Shown here: piece after piece, positions 28,936 through 38,901 of the stretch
Layout of the letters: every line of letters begins with the position of its first letter
Numbering within the stretch: the stretch's first letter is position 1
Origin: Gloeobacterales cyanobacterium
GTDB lineage: Bacteria > Cyanobacteriota > Cyanobacteriia > Gloeobacterales > PMM-0068
Reading direction: 5' to 3'
Assembly (NCBI GenBank): GCA_038245785.1
Contig: JBBRSB010000019.1
Location: 1-64,000 of the forward strand
Length of the DNA: 64,000 nucleotides
Made by a program: the position numbers and the translations under genes
The notes under the pieces: generated by a model
What the model saw: only the letters and a program-made list of their open reading frames with translations
Told to the model about the DNA's origin: nothing
The model's database searches: none

Positions 28936-31395
28936 TTGTCCGAACTTTTCACCCCAGAACTACAGCAGGAACTCAAACGCCTAGAAAAAGCGCTCCAGGC
29001 AGAAGTGCAGCAAGGCTACATCAATCTTCAGGGTAGACAGTATCGATTTGCAGAATTTTTGACGCTCAGCTTAGGACAAAAACCCCCTGCGCCCTTCGCA
29101 GCCGACCAGAAGCGCACGTGGATCAATCTGGCCCAGAAGTTTTCCCGCTATGAAGTTTTGGAATTGCCTGGTCGCCGTTCCTTGATCGCAGAAACCCGCC
29201 GTTTTCTCTATCAGATCAATCGTCAGGGAGAGACTCAGCCTACAGCCGTCAAAGAATCTAACGCTTCCTATCAGGATAAACTGCCCGCAAGTGCAGAACG
29301 TCCAACCCAAAGTCTGGCTAATTCCATTGCTCAGTTGAAGGGCATTGGTCCGAAAGGGGCTCAAGCTTTAGCTAAGCTGGGGATTCTATATATAGAGGAT
29401 TTACTGCGCTACTACCCACGGGATTATGCAGATTATTCCAATCAGAAGCTGATTAAGCAAATCCAACCAGGAGAAACGGTAACGCTTGTGGGGAAAGTTA
29501 GGCAAGTGAGCTGCTTTACCAGTCCAAAAAATCATAAACTCTGTATTCTCAGCCTTGTAGTCGGTGATTCATCCGGCCGGATCAAGGTCAGTCAATTTTT
29601 TGCGGGACCACGATTTACGAGCCGAGGCTGGCAAGAACTCCAAAAGAAAAACTATCCCTTGAATAGTACCGTTGCCGTTAGTGGCCTAGTTAAAAAGAAT
29701 GCCAGCGGATTATCCCTTGACAAGCCAGAAATAGAAGTCTTGGATGAAGAAGGGGGTCTATTCCAGGGGAAAATCATCCCCATCTATGCCTTGACGGAAG
29801 GCGTTCCTGCAAGCCTGATCCGTCGCGCTGTTCAACGGGCCCTGCCCTATGCTGAAGCCTTAGGGGAGCCGCTACCACTTTCCCTGCGCCAAGATTTATC
29901 TTTCCTGGATCTGCCCCAAGCTATCCGCAACGTTCACTTTCCTGAAACCAGTGAAGACCATAAAAAAGCGCGTCAACGCTTAGTATTCGATGAATTTTTC
30001 TTTTTACAACTAGGGCTACTGCGCAGGCGTTGGCAACAAAAGGAACAGGAGCCTGGTATTTCTTTTCAGACGCAAGGAAAGCTGATTAGTGAGTTTTATA
30101 AATTATTGCCTTTTTCTTTCACTGGCGCTCAAAAAAGGGTAACTGAGCAGATTCTGGCTGATTTGGCGGCTCCCCAACCGATGAATCGTTTAATCCAGGG
30201 AGATGTCGGCTCTGGTAAGACAGTCGTGGCCGTGGTTTCTATCTTAGCGGTATTAGAATCAGGGTATCAAGCTGCTTTTATGGCTCCAACGGAAGTGTTA
30301 GCAGAACAGCACTATCGCAAATTAGTTCACTGGTTTAATCAATTACACATTCCAGTGGAGTTGCTGACCGGTTCTGTGCGGACGGCCAAACGTCGAGAAA
30401 TTTTGCGCCAGTTAGAAACAGGAGAGTTGAAAATCTTAGTCGGCACCCATGCTCTCATTCAAGAAGCCGTCCAATTCCAGAATCTTGGTCTTGCCGTCAT
30501 TGATGAACAGCATCGTTTTGGGGTCCAACAGCGAGCGACGCTACAAAATAAAGGCCGTAATCCCGATGTCTTAACGATGACCGCTACACCTATTCCCCGA
30601 ACGCTAGCCCTGACCCTCCATGGCGATCTTGATGTCAGCCAAATTGATGAATTACCGCCAGGAAGGAAGCCTATTTACACATCTGTTATTCGTCCTAGTG
30701 AGCGCAGTCAAGTGCACGAACTGATGCGCCGTCAGTTAGCAGAAGGCTCTCAAATTTATGTAGTCCTTCCCTTAATTGAAGAGTCAGAAAAGCTAGATCT
30801 AAAGTCAGCCACCGAAGAATATGAAAATTTAACGCACGTATTTCCTGAGTTCCAGGTTGGTCTTTTGCACGGGCGGATGAAATCGGAGGAAAAAGACGCC
30901 ATCATCACTCAATTTCGAGAAAACCAGCTCCATATTCTCGTCTCTACAACGGTTATTGAAGTAGGCGTCGATGTGCCCAATGCTTCGGTGATGGTCATTG
31001 AACATGCGGAACGTTTTGGCCTTGCCCAACTCCACCAATTGAGAGGCCGGGTTGGTCGGGGAGCCGCCCAAAGCTTTTGCGTATTGATTACCCACAGTCA
31101 AGGAGACTATGCCCTCCAACGCTTAAATGTTCTGGCCCAATCCAATGATGGATTTGTAATTGCCGAAATGGACCTGCGTCTACGAGGGCCAGGCGAAGTT
31201 TTGGGTAGCCGTCAATCAGGATTACCAGATCTCGCCCTTGCTTCTTTAGTGGATGACCAAAGTACTCTAGAACTCGCCCGCGTCAAAGCCCAGGAAATTA
31301 TTACCGAAGACCCCGCTTTGCGGAGCTATCCCTTACTGAAGGCAGAGCTAAAGAAACGCTTAAATCACCTGATGCAAGGGGCTATTATGACTTAG
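28936..31395 (+). CDS. recG: ATP-dependent DNA helicase RecG
   Basis: QGDVGSGKT, DEQHRFG, QLHQLRGRVGR; cyanobacterial N-terminal extension. Confidence 0.97.
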   Translation: MSELFTPELQQELKRLEKALQAEVQQGYINLQGRQYRFAEFLTLSLGQKPPAPFAADQKRTWINLAQKFSRYEVLELPGRRSLIAETRRFLYQINRQGETQPTAVKESNASYQDKLPASAERPTQSLANSIAQLKGIGPKGAQALAKLGILYIEDLLRYYPRDYADYSNQKLIKQIQPGETVTLVGKVRQVSCFTSPKNHKLCILSLVVGDSSGRIKVSQFFAGPRFTSRGWQELQKKNYPLNSTVAVSGLVKKNASGLSLDKPEIEVLDEEGGLFQGKIIPIYALTEGVPASLIRRAVQRALPYAEALGEPLPLSLRQDLSFLDLPQAIRNVHFPETSEDHKKARQRLVFDEFFFLQLGLLRRRWQQKEQEPGISFQTQGKLISEFYKLLPFSFTGAQKRVTEQILADLAAPQPMNRLIQGDVGSGKTVVAVVSILAVLESGYQAAFMAPTEVLAEQHYRKLVHWFNQLHIPVELLTGSVRTAKRREILRQLETGELKILVGTHALIQEAVQFQNLGLAVIDEQHRFGVQQRATLQNKGRNPDVLTMTATPIPRTLALTLHGDLDVSQIDELPPGRKPIYTSVIRPSERSQVHELMRRQLAEGSQIYVVLPLIEESEKLDLKSATEEYENLTHVFPEFQVGLLHGRMKSEEKDAIITQFRENQLHILVSTTVIEVGVDVPNASVMVIEHAERFGLAQLHQLRGRVGRGAAQSFCVLITHSQGDYALQRLNVLAQSNDGFVIAEMDLRLRGPGEVLGSRQSGLPDLALASLVDDQSTLELARVKAQEIITEDPALRSYPLLKAELKKRLNHLMQGAIMT

Positions 31396-31425
31396 CAAAA
31401 TTGAACGTTGAGCAGTACCACCGGA

Positions 31426-31722
31426 TTACGGAGTCTTATCCACTTGCTCCACCTCTAACCGTCTCAATATAGAACGTGTCTCTGTCCGAGGTAGGAGTGG
31501 CCAACCATCCCGGTCTTCCATTTCTTTCAGAAGCGCGTACAGTTCTCCTCGATTCTCAGGGAGCGAGGATACGTAGTAGTTATCACGAATTTGACCGTGT
31601 AGCGTTTCTAGAAAACGTAGCAGCTCTAAAAGACCGATACAGTCATCCTGGCGTTCTTTGGCCAGTTCGATAAGGGTCTTATAGACATCAGCCAATTCGA
31701 CGGGTACAAAAGATTGCTCCAA
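31426..31722 (-). CDS. Conserved cyanobacterial hypothetical protein
   Basis: LL.LLR.LE.LH.QIRD...LP..R..LY.LL.EME...GWP pattern; GGAG RBS before TTG. Confidence 0.75.
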   Translation of the reverse strand: MEQSFVPVELADVYKTLIELAKERQDDCIGLLELLRFLETLHGQIRDNYYVSSLPENRGELYALLKEMEDRDGWPLLPRTETRSILRRLEVEQVDKTP

Positions 31723-31833
31723 AGTTACTCCAAAACGATGTACTTATTAGAGGATAGGGGGTCTTGATGCATCTGTGTATAGTACCCGGTTGTCGTAAGC
31801 TGGAACATTGGAATGCATCGTGAAAGGGAACCC

Positions 31834-33279
31834 ATGAGCACCATTCGTAAACTCCAGCAACAGCTAATCCAGCGCGAAATTAGTGCAGTTGAACTGGCAG
31901 AACAAACTTTTCAGCGGATTGCTGAGGTAGAGCAAGAGGTTCACGCTTTCTTGAACCTGACGCGTGAGAGGGCTTTGGCCCAAGCCCATCGGGTAGACGA
32001 AAAAATACGGTCTGGAAAAACGCTCAGTCCCCTTGCAGGCATTCCTGTTGCCCTCAAGGACAATCTTTGTACGATTGGGTCCCCGATGACCTGTGCTTCC
32101 AAGATTTTGGAGGGGTACATGCCTCCCTACGAATCTACGGTTACCCATAAGTTGGACGAGGCTGGGGCGCTCTTTATGGGCAAAACCAACCTCGATGAAT
32201 TTGCCATGGGCTCCTCGACGGAGAATTCGGCCTATGGCCCTTCTCGCAATCCATGGAATACTCGCTGTGTCCCCGGTGGTTCTTCCGGTGGTTCTGCTGT
32301 GGCCGTTGCTGCGGGTGAAGCCGTCTATGCCCTGGGCTCTGACACCGGAGGTTCTATCCGCCAACCTGCCGCACTGTGTGGGGTCGTAGGGCTGAAACCT
32401 ACCTATGGTTTGGTTTCACGCTATGGCCTGGTGGCCTTTGCCTCTTCCCTTGACCAAATTGGACCCTTTGCGCCAACGGTCGAAGATGCTGCTTTGGTCT
32501 TACAGACCCTGGCAGGCTACGACCCCAAAGATTCCACTAGCCTCAAAGTTGAAATTCCTGATTATAGCAAGGCCCTCATCCCAGACCTCAAGGGCATGAG
32601 AGTGGGCGTTGTCCGCGAGTTCTTTGGCCCAGGAACAGACCCTGACGTTCAGGCTGCCGTAGAGAAAGCGATAGAAACCCTAAAAGAATTAGGAGCTGCG
32701 GTTCAAGAAATTTCTTGCCCACGCTTCCAGTACGGCCTTTCGGTTTATTACATTATCGCGCCCTCTGAAGCTTCAGCTAACCTCGCTCGTTATGATGGGG
32801 TCCGCTATGGGTTCAGAAAAGAGGCCGATTCTCTGATCCCGATGTATTCCCAAACGCGGGACGAGGGCTTTGGCCCTGAAGTGAAGAGACGGATCATGAT
32901 CGGCACCTACGCTCTGTCGGCGGGCTACTACGACGCCTACTACCTGAAGGCCCAAAAAGTGCGCACCTTGATCAAGCAAGACTTCCTCGAGGCATACCAA
33001 AAAGTGGACGTTCTTGTTGGACCGACCTCTCCCACTACCGCCTTCGAGTTCGGCGCGAAGGCCAGTGATCCTTTAACGATGTACCTTTCAGACGTCTGCA
33101 CTATTCCTCTAAACCTTGGTGGAGGAGCGGGGATCAGTATCCCCTGTGGGCTAGACCAGAAAGGGCTCCCAATTGGGCTGCAGATTATGAGCGATGCGCT
33201 TCAGGAATCTAAGTTGTTCCGTGTGGCCTATGCCTATGAGCAGGCTACCGATTGGCATACAAGGCGCCCGAACCTATAA
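31834..33279 (+). CDS. gatA: Glu-tRNA(Gln) amidotransferase subunit A
   Basis: [46 protein letters not shown]. Confidence 0.98.
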   Translation: MSTIRKLQQQLIQREISAVELAEQTFQRIAEVEQEVHAFLNLTRERALAQAHRVDEKIRSGKTLSPLAGIPVALKDNLCTIGSPMTCASKILEGYMPPYESTVTHKLDEAGALFMGKTNLDEFAMGSSTENSAYGPSRNPWNTRCVPGGSSGGSAVAVAAGEAVYALGSDTGGSIRQPAALCGVVGLKPTYGLVSRYGLVAFASSLDQIGPFAPTVEDAALVLQTLAGYDPKDSTSLKVEIPDYSKALIPDLKGMRVGVVREFFGPGTDPDVQAAVEKAIETLKELGAAVQEISCPRFQYGLSVYYIIAPSEASANLARYDGVRYGFRKEADSLIPMYSQTRDEGFGPEVKRRIMIGTYALSAGYYDAYYLKAQKVRTLIKQDFLEAYQKVDVLVGPTSPTTAFEFGAKASDPLTMYLSDVCTIPLNLGGGAGISIPCGLDQKGLPIGLQIMSDALQESKLFRVAYAYEQATDWHTRRPNL

Positions 33280-33281
33280 AG

Positions 33282-33317
33282 AAGCCCTCAAAACCTATAG
33301 AAAGGTTTTGAGGGCTT
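33282..33317. terminator. Hairpin between convergent genes, probable terminator
   Basis: aagccctcaaaacct / aggttttgagggctt perfect 15-bp stem. Confidence 0.8.
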
Positions 33318-33338
33318 TAAAACACACTAAGCAAACGT

Positions 33339-33554
33339 CTAATCGGTCACGATCCAATGTCCCCGTGATGGTAGATAAGCTGCTCTACCCACCTGATTCA
33401 ACTCATGGACAGCCCGGAATATTTGCCAGGGAGCCAAGTCGAGATCACGACTCAATTGCACAATAGATCTTGGTCTATTGGAAAGCTCATCATGGATTTT
33501 TTCCGCTACTAACTCTCTGGCGGTGAGTGCTTCTCTAACTACAGTTTGTGCCAT
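33339..33554 (-). CDS. Small hypothetical protein, possibly winged-HTH
   Basis: 71 aa; RSIVQLSRDLDLAPWQIFRAVHEL HTH-like segment; AGGGGG RBS upstream. Confidence 0.6.
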   Translation of the reverse strand: MAQTVVREALTARELVAEKIHDELSNRPRSIVQLSRDLDLAPWQIFRAVHELNQVGRAAYLPSRGHWIVTD

Positions 33555-33797
33555 TGCTAAAACCCCCTAAAGGCCTATCTCAATAAAGAATGTGGGCCTA
33601 ACCCCAACACCAAAAAATTGTTTCTTTCTATAGTTATAGTCTTTTTTTTGAGCGGGGATCACGTCTAGGCATAAATTTGAAGAATGTTATGTCTAAGGGA
33701 ATAGTTTAGGCAAAGAGCACTTAGCTCTAACATAAATTATTGTTATCAAGACACCCAAACTTGTTACAAATGAGTTACATAAACTTTTCATTATGAT

Positions 33798-34838
33798 ATG
33801 GCTGTAATTCTTGCCCTTGAAACCAGTTGTGACGAAACGGCCTGCGCCATCATCCGGGATCGCGAGGTCTTGGCCTCCGTGGTCAGTTCTCAGATTGAGG
33901 TGCATAAGCGCTATGGCGGAGTGGTTCCAGAAGTGGCCTCCCGACAGCATGTCCTGACGATCAATCCGGTCATTGCAGAAACTCTGGCGACTGCATCTAT
34001 AGGTTGGGAAGCTATCGATGGCATTGGCGTAACCTGCGGGCCAGGTCTTGTCGGATCTCTGCTCACGGGGGTAATGGCGGCAAAAACCTTAGCCTGGATT
34101 CACGAAAAGCCTTTGATCGCCGTCCATCATCTAGAAGGTCACCTTTACTCCGCTTTTCTAGCGCAGCCGACCCTAGAGCCTCCTTTTTTATGCCTCTTGG
34201 TCTCCGGTGGTCATACGATGCTGATCCATGTTCGTGCCCATGGAGATTATGAAATTTTGGGCCAAACCCGAGATGATGCGGCAGGGGAAGCCTATGACAA
34301 AACGGCACGACTTTTGGGCTTACCCTATCCAGGAGGACCAGAGATTGATCACCTTGCCCATGCGGGAAATGCCAAAGCGTTCGCTTTTCCTAAAGGCAAA
34401 GTTGACCATCCCTATGACACCAGCTTTAGCGGACTCAAAACTGCAGTCAGGAGGACCGTAGAACAGCTAAGGACTCAATTACCCAAAGAAAATTTTCCCT
34501 TATCTGACCTTTGTGCCAGCTTCCAAAGGGCCGTAGTGGAAGTCTTAGTTGAAAAGTCTATGCGTGGATTGGAACAATTCAATCTGTCCACGCTTGTGGT
34601 TTGTGGAGGAGTGGCCGCTAACCGAGGCTTACGGGAAAGGCTAAGTCAGGAGTCTGCTCGGCGAGGCTACAGCGTCGTTTTTCCCGCTTTTACCTACTGC
34701 ACGGATAATGCGGCAATGATCGGTTGCGCTGCTGCTCAGAAGTATAAACAGGGATTGATTTCAGACTGGGAAATCGGGGTATTCTCTCGCATGGACTTAG
34801 ACCAGACAGCTTCGTTGTACCGCAGTTTCTCAGGCTAA
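33798..34838 (+). CDS. tsaD: tRNA N6-threonylcarbamoyltransferase
   Basis: LALETSCDET, HHLEGH, DDAAGEAYDK, CTDNAAMI. Confidence 0.97.
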   Translation: MAVILALETSCDETACAIIRDREVLASVVSSQIEVHKRYGGVVPEVASRQHVLTINPVIAETLATASIGWEAIDGIGVTCGPGLVGSLLTGVMAAKTLAWIHEKPLIAVHHLEGHLYSAFLAQPTLEPPFLCLLVSGGHTMLIHVRAHGDYEILGQTRDDAAGEAYDKTARLLGLPYPGGPEIDHLAHAGNAKAFAFPKGKVDHPYDTSFSGLKTAVRRTVEQLRTQLPKENFPLSDLCASFQRAVVEVLVEKSMRGLEQFNLSTLVVCGGVAANRGLRERLSQESARRGYSVVFPAFTYCTDNAAMIGCAAAQKYKQGLISDWEIGVFSRMDLDQTASLYRSFSG

Positions 34839-34891
34839 TGCCGAACCATTAACCAGAATATTAGAGGACTCTTTTCCGCTACAATCCCTGC

Positions 34892-35731
34892 ATGTTCGAC
34901 AATACCTGTAAATTCCTCGCTGAGAGCTTTCCCGCTGATTTTGCCACTTGGTTGCTCGGTGAACCCATTACCCTAACCAAACTCAGCCCAACTGAACTTT
35001 CACTGGAACCAATTCGAGCAGATTCGCTAATTCTGCTGGATTCAGCCGAAATCGTTCTCCATGCAGAATTCCAGACCGAACCAGACCCCACCATGGGATT
35101 CAGGATGGCAGACTACCATCTAAGAGTCTTTAAGCGCTTTCCAGAGAAAAGAATGCTTCAAGTGGTCATATATTTGAAGCCTACAGGCTCAAATCTTGTG
35201 TACCAGAACGTATATGAGACGGAGAAGATGCGGCACGAATTTCAGGTTATCCGCCTCTGGGAGCAGCCCACTCAACCCTTTTTGGAATCCACGGGTTTAT
35301 TGCCCCTGGCTGTGCTCACACAGACCCCAGACAAGGCTCAAACCTTACGTCAAGTGGCCGCACGAGTTGAGGCTATTCCAGAAATGAGGGTTCAGAGCAA
35401 TGTAGCCGCCTCTGCTGGGATTCTAGCAGGGCTATTATTGAGGAGGGATTTTATCAATCAGGTTCTCAGGAGAGAAATCATGCAGCAATCTGTGGTTTAT
35501 CAGGAGTGGAGAGAAGAATTTCTTCAGGAAGGTCGTCAGGAGGGGGAACAATCGCTCATTCTCCGCCAGCTTACCCGCCGTATTGGTAACGTTGCTCCAG
35601 CTTTGCAAGCCCAAGTTCAAGCCTTGTCTCTCGCTCAGCTTGAATCCCTAGGCGAAGCGCTGTTGGATTTCTCAGAAACTGCTGATTTGGAAGAGTGGTT
35701 CCAGAATTTGCAGCCTGATAGCGTGTCCTAA
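34892..35731 (+). CDS. Rpn-family (recombination-promoting nuclease / YhgA-like) protein with a DUF4351-like C-terminus
   Basis: FDNTCKFLAE, EPIRADSLI, HAEFQT, RMADY; C-terminal LILRQLTRR.G...LE.LGEALLDF. Confidence 0.9.
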   Translation: MFDNTCKFLAESFPADFATWLLGEPITLTKLSPTELSLEPIRADSLILLDSAEIVLHAEFQTEPDPTMGFRMADYHLRVFKRFPEKRMLQVVIYLKPTGSNLVYQNVYETEKMRHEFQVIRLWEQPTQPFLESTGLLPLAVLTQTPDKAQTLRQVAARVEAIPEMRVQSNVAASAGILAGLLLRRDFINQVLRREIMQQSVVYQEWREEFLQEGRQEGEQSLILRQLTRRIGNVAPALQAQVQALSLAQLESLGEALLDFSETADLEEWFQNLQPDSVS

Positions 35732-35866
35732 CAATCAATCCGGTTATTGCAAAATCCTGGCCGGCGCATCTATAGGTATTGCTCAGAAGTATAAACAGGG
35801 ATTGGTTTCAAACTGGGAAATCTGGGTATTCTCTCGAATGGAGCTATACCAGACAGCTTCGTTGTA
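35693..35866 (+). pseudogene. tsaD: Degenerate, internally deleted duplicate of tsaD
   Basis: 35693-35777 aligns to tsaD 33919-34004; 35780-35866 aligns to tsaD 34733-34819 (80/87 nt identical by manual count). Confidence 0.88.
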
Positions 35867-35936
35867 TTGTCATCCTTAGAAAGGCTTTACCTGTTTTCCC
35901 TTACACTAATTTCTCAGTGGAAATAAAAAGGGTGTC

Positions 35937-36803
35937 GTGACATCAAACTCCCCATCATCAGCAGGAAATTCTAGGGGACTGCGTCAGCCTACTGCCGTGA
36001 TTCAACCCTCAAGTGGCTGGGCGGCCCTAAATCTACGTGAACTCTGGGCATATCGTGATCTACTGTTCATTCTTGCTGGCCGCGATGTCAAATTGCGATA
36101 TAAACAGACAGCCTTGGGAGTTATCTGGGTTATTTTGCAACCCTTAGTAGCGGCTTTGATTTTTGCCACTATCTTTGGAAAATTTGCCAAACTACCTAGT
36201 GATGATTCTCCTTATATCCTCTTCGTCTTCTGTGGACTATTGCCTTGGAACTACTTTGCAGGTGCACTGCAGCGTGCTGGCAATAGTTTAATTACAGATT
36301 CAAGGTTGATATCGAAAGTTTATTTTCCGCGTTTGCTTATTCCTTTCGCTAGCACATTTGCAGTCTTGATAGATTTTGGTGTCACCCTGGTAGTCCTATT
36401 TGGATTGATGCTTCTCTATGGTGTTAGTCCAACCTGGCAAATATTGACACTACCCTTCTTTTTGCTTATGACAACCCTCTGTGCCACGGGCGTCAGTCTC
36501 TGGCTATCGGCACTCAATGTGCAATATCGAGATTTTGTATATGCAATGCCCTTCATCATTCAAGTCTGGATGTATGGAAGCCCAGTGGTCTATGCTACGA
36601 GCATCGTGCCAGAAAAATTACGATGGATTTACAGCTTGAACCCTGCTGTTGGATTTATTGAGGGGTTTAGGTGGGCACTCTTAGGGAAGAGTGCACTTAC
36701 CTGGGAGATGACAATAGTTACGCTGATTGTCTCTGTGGTTGCATTCGTGAGTGGGGCTTTCTTTTTCCGACGGGTTGAGCGAGGTTTTGCTGACGTAGTG
36801 TGA
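35937..36803 (+). CDS. wzm: Polysaccharide ABC exporter permease
   Basis: RDVKLRYKQTALG..W, KVYFPR, SPVVY...NP; ABC-2 permease. Confidence 0.92.
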   Translation: MTSNSPSSAGNSRGLRQPTAVIQPSSGWAALNLRELWAYRDLLFILAGRDVKLRYKQTALGVIWVILQPLVAALIFATIFGKFAKLPSDDSPYILFVFCGLLPWNYFAGALQRAGNSLITDSRLISKVYFPRLLIPFASTFAVLIDFGVTLVVLFGLMLLYGVSPTWQILTLPFFLLMTTLCATGVSLWLSALNVQYRDFVYAMPFIIQVWMYGSPVVYATSIVPEKLRWIYSLNPAVGFIEGFRWALLGKSALTWEMTIVTLIVSVVAFVSGAFFFRRVERGFADVV

Positions 36804-36909
36804 TGTTGAATAGGCAAGGCTTCGCTTCTGCCACATAAGAGAATGTATCTGTTTTTGGGTAAAATAACGTAGGCTTGCTTCTCGCTACGGTTTAAAAAAC
36901 AGGAAAGTA

Positions 36910-38169
36910 ATGAGTGATGTTGCCATCCGGGTTGAAGGCTTAAGTAAGAGCTACCAGATCACTCGAACTGATCAGTCTCAACGCTATAAAACGCTCCAGG
37001 AAGATCTACTTGCTTTACCCCGCAAGCTGCTGAGAACATTCAAACAGCCTGAGGTTCAGACATTTTGGGCTCTAAATGATATATCTTTCGAAATCAAGCA
37101 GGGTGAAGTTCTTGGCATAATTGGTCGTAATGGAGCAGGGAAAAGTACGCTGCTCAAAGTTCTTTCGCGCATTACTGAACCTACTTCAGGACGTGCTGAG
37201 ATTTACGGACGTATTGGGTCTTTACTTGAAGTTGGAACTGGTTTTCATCCTGAGTTGACGGGTCGGGAGAACATTTATCTGAATGGTGCGATTCTCGGTA
37301 TGCGACGCAATGAAATTGCCAAGCATTTTGATGAAATTGTTGACTTTGCAGAGGTGGAAAAGTTCATCGACACACCTGTCAAACGTTACTCTAGTGGCAT
37401 GTATATGCGACTTGCCTTTGCAGTAGCAGCATACCTTGAGCCTGAAATTCTGATTGTCGATGAAGTATTAGCAGTTGGAGATGCAGAATTTCAAAAGAAG
37501 TGTTTGGGAAAAATGGGTGAAGTGGCCAACAGTGGTCGAACAGTTTTATTCGTTAGTCATAATATGACAGCGGTAAGGCAGCTCTGTGAGATAGGGATTT
37601 TATTAAATGAAGGTAGTATTTATAAGCAGGGAGATGTTTCCTCTGTAGCTACTGATTACGAAAGAATTAGTACAGATAACCTAAGCAGCACATGGTTAAA
37701 CAAAAAAAAATATAATCAGAATGAAGAGACTTCCATCGAAAAGATTGAGATATTAGATAAAGGTTATAAAGAAAGGAATAATTTTCTAAGTAGTGAGTCT
37801 ATCTTTTTAAGATTCACTATTGATGTAAAAGAAGAAAATTCTAATTTAAAAATAGGTTTTGATTTGGTAAAAAATGGCACTGTTGTATTTAGATCTCAGC
37901 ATGTAGATTCAAAAAGCTTTATCAAGAAAATTCCATCTGGAAAAAGTTGTTTAGTATGTGAAATACCGGGAAAATCTTTGAACTCTGGAGATTATTCTAT
38001 TACTCCGCTGATATCCATACACTGTATCAAGAGTTTAATTGATGTTAGAGAACCTGTTTTAAGCTTTAATGTCACATTGGATTCAAGTCTATCTGATTTT
38101 CATACTGTATTAAATGAACAGAATCATCCAGGTTTAGTTTTTCCTTTATTGAACTGGATCACTGATTAA
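36910..38169 (+). CDS. wzt: Polysaccharide ABC exporter ATPase with a C-terminal Wzt domain
   Basis: GRNGAGKST, YSSGMYMRLAF, DEVLAVGD; C-terminal extension. Confidence 0.93.
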   Translation: MSDVAIRVEGLSKSYQITRTDQSQRYKTLQEDLLALPRKLLRTFKQPEVQTFWALNDISFEIKQGEVLGIIGRNGAGKSTLLKVLSRITEPTSGRAEIYGRIGSLLEVGTGFHPELTGRENIYLNGAILGMRRNEIAKHFDEIVDFAEVEKFIDTPVKRYSSGMYMRLAFAVAAYLEPEILIVDEVLAVGDAEFQKKCLGKMGEVANSGRTVLFVSHNMTAVRQLCEIGILLNEGSIYKQGDVSSVATDYERISTDNLSSTWLNKKKYNQNEETSIEKIEILDKGYKERNNFLSSESIFLRFTIDVKEENSNLKIGFDLVKNGTVVFRSQHVDSKSFIKKIPSGKSCLVCEIPGKSLNSGDYSITPLISIHCIKSLIDVREPVLSFNVTLDSSLSDFHTVLNEQNHPGLVFPLLNWITD

Positions 38170-38177
38170 AAATTACC

Positions 38178-38864
38178 ATGGAGCTAAAAATGATAAATCG
38201 ATTGACTCGTCTATTTAGAGGTTCAGATCCTAAGGTGGGGGAAATATCTAAGAGCTACATCGCTAAATTTTTACCGGAAGATCCAACAATTATTGAAGCC
38301 GGAGCCCATGTTGGAGTTGATACTCTCGAAATGAGCAAACTTTGGCCTTTGGCTCATATCCATGCGTTTGAACCGATCCCAACAATCTTCCAATCGCTGA
38401 AAGAGAATACTTCAAAATCAAGAAATGTTACTTGTTATCCTTTGGCCCTAAGTGACAGTAATGGAACTGCAGAGATATTTGTTAGTGGTGGTACTTCAGA
38501 TGGTTCAAGTTCACTACTTGCCCCAAAAGAGCATTTAACTGAACATCCAAGCGTAACATTTACCAATAAGATTGCGGTGAGCACAGTTACGCTTGACAAA
38601 TGGGCATTGGAAGAAAACATAAGAAGGATTGATTTTCTTTGGTTAGACATGCAAGGGTATGAATTCAATGTGCTAAAAGCATCACCAGATATTTTAGAAT
38701 CAGTACTTGTTATACATACTGAAGTTTCCCTCAAGCATATCTATGAAAATGCCCCACTCTATCCGGAATTGCGCCAATGGATCGAGAGTAAAGGTTTTGA
38801 AGTTAAGTTTGAAGCATTACCTTGGAAGGATGCGGGGAATATATTATTTGTTCGCAAGCCATGA
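38178..38864 (+). CDS. FkbM-family methyltransferase
   Basis: IIEAGAHVG, AFEP, IDFLWLDMQGYE. Confidence 0.9.
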   Translation: MELKMINRLTRLFRGSDPKVGEISKSYIAKFLPEDPTIIEAGAHVGVDTLEMSKLWPLAHIHAFEPIPTIFQSLKENTSKSRNVTCYPLALSDSNGTAEIFVSGGTSDGSSSLLAPKEHLTEHPSVTFTNKIAVSTVTLDKWALEENIRRIDFLWLDMQGYEFNVLKASPDILESVLVIHTEVSLKHIYENAPLYPELRQWIESKGFEVKFEALPWKDAGNILFVRKP

Positions 38865-38901
38865 GTATATATTTTTTCCACTAATTAATAACTGAGAAGA
38901 A

